A DNA stretch of 64,000 bases from Trichosphaerium sp. ATCC 40318 (lineage: Eukaryota > Protista > Tubulinea), in NCBI GenBank assembly GCA_038496445.1, contig JALMLS010000149.1, positions 1 through 64,000 of the forward strand, given 5' to 3'. Positions 55,716-64,000 of this stretch are shown here, piece by piece; the stretch's first letter is position 1, and each line of letters opens with the position of its first letter. The translations under genes were made by a program, and so were the position numbers. Under the pieces are notes generated by a model. The model had not been told where the DNA came from. It did no database searches and worked only from the letters and a program-made list of their open reading frames with translations.

Positions 55716-57886
55716 ATGTTTTCAAACGATAGTTTTCTTGGCAGTTCGTCATTAAACCTTACAGGGAGCTTAACAATAGCACAAGTTCTTGAAAGGAAGC
55801 TCAACAAACTACTGGACGAGTATTCGGGCTTGTACTGAATTCCACTTGAGGTTTGGCCTTATATTACCCCTAGAACGTCCCAAACCAAGAAAAACCCAAA
55901 AGCTTTACTCTCCAGAGGCAGAAGATCGAGCGTTGGCCTCGAAATGTCTATGTCTGTGTATGTACCAAAGCGTACAGAACTAGACCGCAATGCGTTATAT
56001 CTGAGAGTACGTACCCTTTCGAGCTATTACCGTAAATAATACTTATAGGGTCATCGATTATTACTACAATACGAGGAGTACATAAGCGCACACCGCAAAA
56101 TTCCGACAGTGAAAGATGAGACGCTACGTACGCAAATACTCGCCTCCTTATTTGTAAACCACGTTAAAAAGATACCCTACGCGTGTAATGAGCGTATTCT
56201 AACGTTATATCTATTTCGCGCTTTTTATAACTAACTCTTTGCTGTCAACTCTGACCCTTCTTCTTTAGGACCTCAAATAAAGCAAGCATCTCGTTTGATT
56301 ACCAGAATGCGCGATTTGATGAAGACAACGCACAACCTTACATTGAGCATCCCATCAGGTCCTTGCTACCTTTCTAATAAGCCTCAGACGGAGCACACCC
56401 AACAAACAGCAGCAAGGTACTATGCCCAAAGTGTTTACGAAGAAAATCAAAGCTTTCCCTTTGTACTTACTCTTCGAGTTCTAGGATCGCGTCGCAACGT
56501 ATGCGTATCGATTTAAAAAAGATTGGAAATCAACTTTTGCATGAAAAGTTAAAAGATGTTCGTTCTGGCATTGCTCTTCCTGCTTTGAAAAAACGCGTGG
56601 CTTACCTAGAACATACATATGCTCGTGATGTGCGTAAGCAACAGGATGACTTGCTAAGAGCAAGAATAAAGCAAATACGTGAACGCCAAAAGCAGGGTAA
56701 AAAAAAGGAGATGAATGTTTTTTTTTAACTTTTTGAATACAGATTTGTCTGCGATTGCTGAACGTAGAAATAAGCTTGTGGCTGAGAGACAAGGTCTTAA
56801 AAATGCTACAAACCATTTAGCAAAGGTTAAAGAAGTCCAGGCTCAGCGTTATGCTGACGAAAAGAGAAAATTGGTCGAGGTAGGATTTTAACAAAAAAGT
56901 GAAAATTTGCATCTAAAATTCTTTAGGAGCGTAAGACGTATCAACTACTTCTTGAACAATGTAAAAAGGGACTTGTCCAAACTGCTTCTGCAATGTTACC
57001 TGTACGGAAGGATCCAAAAGACCCATCAGTGACGTCTATATGCGGTGTTGCTTTACCGAATTCTGGACATTACGCTCGTAAGCATTTATTCTTTGTTTTT
57101 TTTTGTGTCATCTGGTTTGGCTGTCAGACTAATTGCTCCTCAGATATCGACACTGATCGCCTTTCAGCTGCTCTTGGTAATACTATACGCTTGGTAATGG
57201 TATTATCAAAGTATTTATCTGTTTGTCTTCCTTATGCCATGCGATTTCTTTGCTCTCATTCTGAAGTATCCGAGAACGATTCGTACGTTGTTTTTTTTTC
57301 CTTGTTATGTCGAAAAAAGAACCAAAACAAAAGTTACTAAAGCTTCTATACTAACACATCTCGGTCGAAAAGGTCGTATCGAGTTTCTGATGAGACTGAG
57401 AGAGAAACAGCTTTAAAGTTATTAAACGAAAATATATCTGCCTTGTGTTACTCTCAAGGGCTTGTATTTTCTAAACCTAGTAAACGTGGTGCCCCTCAGA
57501 GGCATACTTTATATAATCTACATAAATTATTACATTGGCCACACGTGGGAAGGTATGTAGCATCTTTTAAAACAAATCTCTTCAAAAAATCAGCTTTTTT
57601 TTTTTCCGTCGGAAGTCTTTCTTTTGTCTAATTCTCCGTTCTTTTTAGTGAAGTTCCAGAGTGCACTGTTGTTGATTCTTATATTCCTGCTGAAGGTGAA
57701 GAGGTATGTTTTGGGTTTTTGGTGGTAGTTGTTGCGGTGTAACAACCTGTATAGGCGCAAGGAGATGATTCTCATGATGAGGATGGTTTTGTTTTGCTAG
57801 AAGAATCTGCTCCACCTAAACCATTTGAAGACGATAATTTAAAGCATTGGGAACGTGCTAACATGGATAATAATGTATATACTTAG
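55716..57886 (+). CDS. ATG14: ATG14 (PI3K class III complex I subunit, ATG14/UVRAG family)
   Basis: Coiled coil; SICGVALP; SAALG...LV..LSKYL.V.LPY; LNENISALC..QG...HTLYNL; C-terminus DEDGFVLLE..PPKP.EDD.LKHWERA. Confidence 0.8.
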
Positions 57887-58161
57887 CAAAAATGCTCCTC
57901 AAATACATTTGTACAATACCTTAAAAAACCACGTGACGCGTTCTTTTTTCATTGTCCAAACGACTTTACAACATTTAGTCAAGCACAATCTTAGTACCTA
58001 CTGGAAACGCGATTGTAAAACGAAATTTACTGACGATGAACGGTCCAACTGTTTCAAGATTCTCTTTTTATAGCTTTACGAGAAGAGCAATTGGTGTTCA
58101 TAGCGCGGTTGTATTCAAGGTACTTCGGGTTTTTAGAAAGGGGTTTGAATTTAAGTTGATC

Positions 58162-59101
58162 ATGGAGGAGCCAGGACAAACTCAAAGTGTTATACATTAC
58201 CACAGGTGCTCTAAGAGCCCAAAAATTTTGCGTCTAAAATCGCGTACGTCACACAAAATAATTTCAGTTAATGGCAGGCAGCTTTTTTACAGTTTATCCG
58301 GTAAATCCCCGGTAATCTAAAACCCTACTAATATAGATAAAAATAGGTACACACCGAGCTACTAACCGTATATCTATACTACCAGTTGAAGTACAAGCTT
58401 TTATTTGCTCATTGTCGGTGGAAGTGTTTAGCAAGTGGAGCATACTATCAAGAGAGATTGCTACGAAGACTTTCTTCGATATCAGCCTACAGTACACAAA
58501 GAGCTTAATCATTTGCTATCCCAACGGCACAACGCATAAAGAATTACGTCTGAATGGCGCCTGCAAAGTATGGTACAAGAGCGGTAAGATAAAGGAACAA
58601 TACATGAACAGTAAAGGTCAAAAAACTGGATTGTTTCAGAGTTTCTACGAAAACGGTGTACAGCACGTGCGTGGTAGAATGAAACGTGGGTTGTTCGAAG
58701 GTTCCTACATAGAGTGGTATAATAACAGACAAATATATATCAAGTGCACAATGAAAGCATCTAAGCCTGTCGGGAAAATCAACGTTTGGTATAAAAATGG
58801 GGTAAGAAAGATGGAAGTTTATACGCCAACAACACTTAACTACGTACCTTTTGATAACGATATTGGGCTTCGAAATGAAGGAAGATTGTGGTACGATAAT
58901 GGGAATCTTAGATGGCATCGTTGTGAAGAAGAAGAAGGAAGTGTAGTAACGACATGGTATAAAAACGGTTACAAAGCATCTGAAGCGAGGATAAAAGATG
59001 GATTGTTCGATGGTTTGTGCAGGTCTTGGTTTGATAACGGTTTAATAAAGTCGTACCTGGTGTTGCAGCGAGGCAAAAAAAAGCTACAGGTACTAATTTG
59101 A
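58162..59101 (+). CDS. F-box-like + MORN-variant (YwqK-like) repeat protein
   Basis: ISILPVEVQAFICSLSVEVFSKWSILSR, then repeats G..K.WY.NG.... One inferred intron at 58301-58346. Confidence 0.8.
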
Positions 59102-59420
59102 TACATGTGCTAATGAAGAAAGTTCTAATATCTGATAGATTAAGTACGGAAAAAAAATACTCTCTACCCACTCCCGTAATTACCAGCAACAATCTGTAGC
59201 AAAAGACGAAAAGCATAGTATGGTGCCAGTACAAGGGCCGTAATTGGGAAGTATTAGTTTCGTTGCACGTGATAATAAAGTTGTTTCAACGCTTTGTGAC
59301 CCTTGTAGAATCTGCCTGCCGGCGAGAATTTTTAAGCGTTGACTTTTGTTGATGTTAACGTTTTTGGAAGTTAGTTTGAAAACCAAACGGCGAAAGTCAG
59401 CTACCTCTCAGAGACGAAAA

Positions 59421-60679
59421 ATGTATCGCGTTAGTAAGTTCGCCTTGTGCTATTTTAGCAAGCATTATCTAGTACCAAACCGCATTATTAGCCGTATCGA
59501 AGGATAAAAAAGAACTTGCGTCTTTCAATATCCCCTCAACAGTGGTAAAGACGGTTCCAATAATGGTGCATCAGCTTGAAGCTGATATTAGTGGTAAAAA
59601 GACCATAATCCTTAACCTTGGTCATAATGTCACCTTGGAAGGCGTAAAACGTACTTCACTGCGACGGCATCATTTGTGAGAACGCTAAAAGCGCTTGTAG
59701 GCGTGCTATTGCAAGATGCCGATAAAGACTCAGTAAAGCAAGACGATCTAAGTGTGAAAGCGTTAAAGGAAGCAATGGCTGCCGCTGACTGGATGGGTTG
59801 CCAGGTACAGATTTTAGAGCCTTATTTTGAACGGAAAGAGTCACGTTTTTTGAACAGTTTCCACGTGGTACTAGTGTAGTACTTAACGTGTTCTATGTAG
59901 TCACCATTACTTGTTCTAACTTGTCAAAGGATAAGATGGAAAAGTACGCTATAGGAGTGGCGCTCCGAAGCGATGATTTTGAGGATATTTTAGAAAAAAG
60001 TACTGTTGGCAAGAAGTTTACCAAAGTCAACTATATGTCGCTGCAACATAAAACTCAACAAGATATGGTTGTCAAAGCTCTTACTCACTATAAGAAAACT
60101 TGGAGAGCTCTTTATAACATCCCTGTAATCTTCAGAGCGTTCGAGTTTTTTACTGAACAGCTTGATCACCAACTAGGATATGATACTAAAACACCAGGAT
60201 ATTGCAAAGAATTTACATCTAAAGCATTTATTGAATTATACGCCTTCCTAAGTGACAAGGATTTATTCAAAATAATCAACAGAACAACAGATCAATTGTG
60301 AGTGATTTGTAGCTATTGTTGGCTATTCGCTGACCTACTACTAGTAAGCTTAATATTACAAGTGAAATAGGATCTTTACTTGAAAGAGCTTGCAGGCATG
60401 CTATAGAGAACGAAGACCAGACCATCTGCTTCCAATTCTTGAAGACTTATTGCTCAAGACCTGAAATAATTAAAGACGTTGATAAGCTATGGTACAGGAG
60501 ATAAGACTAATACAATCGCATAACATTTTCTAACCATTTTTATTAGGTACGCATTTTGTATTTCAATATGTACCAGTCACGATTTGATGCAAACAGTACT
60601 TGAGTATGTGTCTCGTTTGGGATGCTTTCCCAAAACAGCTTCTATGCTGGCACGGCGCGCTGTAAATTACGTAAAGTAA
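59421..60679 (+). CDS. BTB/POZ (Skp1-like) domain protein
   Basis: Spliced: KELASFNIPSTVVKTVPIMVHQLEAD...TIILNL..NVTLEGVKRVL...LKEAMAAADWMG, then a helical region. Confidence 0.55.
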
Positions 60680-61100
60680 CTTGGAGTACTCCTTGTATAT
60701 TTATGTTTGAATAAACTTACTACTTATGAAATTACTAAACACGCCTGTTTGGGCTGTACAAGCACGGGTCAGATTGAATATGTTGCCTGAACATTGTATC
60801 AATTTGTAAGATCAGGTATCTCAAATTCTTCAAAACTGGAAGAAAAATGTGTTACGCCAACTGGTGATGCTTCCTGCGTTGTATCTTTTCAGACAGGTCC
60901 ATGTCCTTGCTAAGTCAGCCTACTCCAGACTCGCCTAAGGAACTTGCGTGCTCTCCGCAACCTCTAAGCAACGATATTCTGGTGTGTCTATTGATAATCG
61001 AAAGCGCACTGTTCCTGGCTTAATGATTACACGTGACTGTTGATTAAGTTAGTGACAACATAAAATTATTGTCACGCGAACGATCGTAGAGATAACTTTT

Positions 61101-62947
61101 ATGGTGTATTTGGCGTACTGGTTCATGTTTCCAGTATCAATAGCCGTCGCAGCAACGGCGTTGAGTGTTGGTGTAGGTAATAAGGCCAACCAAATGAAGA
61201 AATAGCTAATGACAGCGCTATTTAATAGGTGGAGCACTTTTCTTTAGCCCAATATTCATTTTCGCCTTCCCATACGCTGGAGTGCGGACATTATCACCAG
61301 CAGACGCGTTTGGAGCTGCTCTAATGACAGAACTTGCAGGTGAAAAGTTTAAACAGCTTTTTTTTGAAACAGTTTCAACTTCTAAGCGGTTATGTTTAGG
61401 ATTTGCTTCTGGGTTGTTAGGCTACTCTTGGAGAGGATTGATAGACTATAAAAGTGCCTTCTTACTTTGTTCTATGGGCATTCCGTTTTCAGGTACACTG
61501 TACAATGAGCGAGCGAAGATATGTACTGACAACGGTTTTAGCTGTTGGAACACTTTTGAAGGTTCTTTTTTTGTTCGCTTTTTTTTGAACATCACGTGAC
61601 GTATTTTTTCCTAAAGCGTAAATTACTACCTTGGCAACTAGTTACAGCATATACTGTTGGGTTGCTTGGAATATTCCTATTTGCATTCTTTGAGATATTC
61701 TTTAAACACAGGCACAAGAAGAAACTTCAACAACAAGCTTTTGAACCACTGAACGATAACAACTATTCAACAGGTATTACTTCACCAAACTCATGTAAAT
61801 ATGCTGATTAACTGTAGACACCACTATCAACGTTGACTATGGCACACGTGAAGTGCACGTGATATTTTACAAACCTGAATATTTTCCTTTTTTTTTTCTT
61901 CTGCTAACATTTTGCTTGATGGGTTTTTTACGTTCTTTAGTGTTAAAGGAGGAAACTATAATCGTAAAGGCTGGATTGTTATTAAAAACAAAGACAAGAA
62001 ACAACATACAACAGGAGTTTGTAGATCGTATGTTTGTCTGAAAGATCCTATTTTGTATTTTGTTTACGATTAACAGTTAAATAGCAACTCGTGTCGTGAC
62101 CTTGCAAATATTAGACAACCTGAAAAGAAAGATGCCAATGTTATTCTACGATTGTATAGGTGGATAAAGAAGGCTCGGGAAATTACAGATCGTTCTGGAA
62201 ATACGTACAGATACGTTGTTTGCAGACCAATATTGGTGCGTTTCTAGTTATTGCAACTAAGACTAATATCTTGCTATCACAGGGTATGCTTCTAGTTATG
62301 ATTGGATCACTCTACACTGGGTTTATTTCTATTGGTATTGGAGGTAAGTTAAAAGAACGAAAGAATTGATTTATCGAAGTAAGTGACTTACCTTGGAATT
62401 AAATTAGAATCGTCAGTAACAACATTAAATGCTCAATGTGGTCTACCTATCAAGGTACTTAATACTAATCTTTTAGTTTCTAATGAATAGATTTCTAAAG
62501 GGACATCTGTATTTATTGTAACTATTGTTGTATTATCAAGTAATGTCACAGATATAATATTCAAATTGATAGAAACACGTGCGCTCTACAATGAATAGTT
62601 TATTGACATACTTAACTTTTCCGCAGATAAACTCGGGATGTCTTTTCCTTGGCCTCTCCTTATGTGGACTATTCCAGGTGTTCTTATAGGTGCTCAATTA
62701 GGTGCATTTGTGGCTAATAGGGTACCAGAAAGTATGGTACGTTACACTACTTACCATTTATGTAATTCCTTTTAATATTTGTTGCTAGGGTGAGATTATA
62801 ATAATTGTGTTATTTGGTATTATGTTCCTTGTCATGACTACACTTCTTGTATTGCTCTTACTTGATGTCATTCACCTAGACTTACCCTCCCATACAAACT
62901 CAACAAGTACATTAAGCCAATTAGTACCTCCTACAATGGTGTATTAA
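61101..62947 (+). CDS. TauE/SafE (TSUP) family membrane transporter
   Basis: YWFMFPVSIAVAATALSVGVGGALFFSP; AFGAALMTELAGFASG; ITDRSGNTYRY; GFISIGIG; SKGTSVFIV; WTIPGVLIGAQLG. An extra 5' exon from 60901 is possible. Confidence 0.85.
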
Positions 62948-63054
62948 ACAACGAATAAAAACAAACTGTGCTACTAACGCTTTCCTTTACTTAACGAAAC
63001 AATTACCAAAATGAATATACTCTGTTAACGCTGGCCCACTTCTGACAATGAGTC

Positions 63055-64000
63055 TCACAGTGATGTTGCTAATGCGTCGCCTTTACGAGGGTTACGCACA
63101 TAAACAGCCTTGTGGAACGCTATACCAGACAGAAACAAACATTGTATTCACTTTTCTAAGTATTACAAGTCTGAGTAGCAATATTTTGTTCATTAAAACA
63201 ACGATATCAATTCAATGGTGCCAATTGTGCATTAAGTAACCAAAACTTACTTCCCAAAGGTAATCCAAATTGACCTAAAACGTACACTTGTAAATAAAAC
63301 TAAAAAGTTATAGACCATCGTACTGTCTAGAGCATCAAGTTCTTTTACTGCAACTACTTTTACTGTAACACTTGGAGATAATCTACCATCATATCTTTGC
63401 TTTATTTCATCACATAGAGCCTACATAAACATCAGCACTAAAGCCACAACGAGGAATAGACTTGTTTGTACGTACTGGGTTCAGGAATATTGGAGGTTGT
63501 ACTGCCATACCATGCATTGTTGCTGATAGTCTGTATATACCCTCTCCACTTAGTGTCATCGACACCACGTGGCCTATGATTTGATGTGCATCATTAAAGT
63601 TTGCCATATCAATAGGAGTTGCTTGTTCTACGTCAAACGGTCGCCCTTTATTTTCAAAAGTATTTGGAGAGGATCTTAGTGCTGTAGGAGCCATTAAATC
63701 CTTTGTAGTAATAGTTGCTGTTCGAGTATTTTGTGGCGTTTCAGGCACGTGTTTTTCTTTCTTCAAAGACGCAGTAGGAACTTGAAGAAAAAAAACTGTT
63801 AGTTTCGTTTAGGTTTATGTGCTTGTTTAAACGGTACCATTCATAAATGAGCGGTAGGATATTCGTTGTTGGTACTCAATAAGAGAATCATAGTTTTCTT
63901 TCATTAGTTGTGATTTTAATTCTGACCAAGAGACGTTAAATTTCTCCTGTAGTATGTCTGTGATTGTATTCTCTGGCGTGAGAGCGTATAAGAGCCTAAA
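63055..64000 (-). CDS. Unknown protein, 3' part (continues beyond window)
   Basis: Open exons linked by GT-AG introns (63410-63766 ORF etc.). No recognisable motif; last exon uncertain. Confidence 0.55.

Overview
AT-rich, gene-dense, intron-rich eukaryotic nuclear DNA with about 24 protein genes and mostly 40-120 nt introns (donors mainly GTACG/GTAAG). A RasG-type Ras, a Shk-type TKL+SH2 kinase and a ComC-like membrane protein point to Amoebozoa. A textbook U12 intron argues against a dictyostelid. All gene models were spliced by hand, so some 5' ends are approximate. Contents in order: 3' end of a STE20 kinase; three tandem paralogues of a beta-helix type I membrane protein; a possible ATRIP; a PT-repeat membrane protein; mitochondrial SHMT; Rap1; secreted PHB depolymerase; a Cys-rich CX3C protein; a degenerate TraB-like protein; PRMT1; a cullin-repeat/2OG-Fe(II) oxygenase fusion; PH-LRR; RRM; Ras; ComC-like protein; Shk; kinesin-7/CENP-E; ALG12; a coiled-coil protein; ATG14; F-box+MORN; BTB/Skp1-like; TauE/SafE; and a partial gene. 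Best finds: (1) an intronic box H/ACA snoRNA in PRMT1 whose 3' pocket fits the LSU A-loop pseudouridine site (snR10/SNORA21-like); (2) a cullin N-terminal repeat fused to a prolyl-hydroxylase-like dioxygenase; (3) a U12 intron in ALG12 plus at least five GC-AG introns, two with GCACG donors; (4) CHR/E2F/Myb-like promoter motifs at cell-cycle genes; (5) mosaic gene conversion in the beta-helix array; (6) strong CACGTG enrichment. No tRNA, rRNA, CRISPR or intact transposon was seen.
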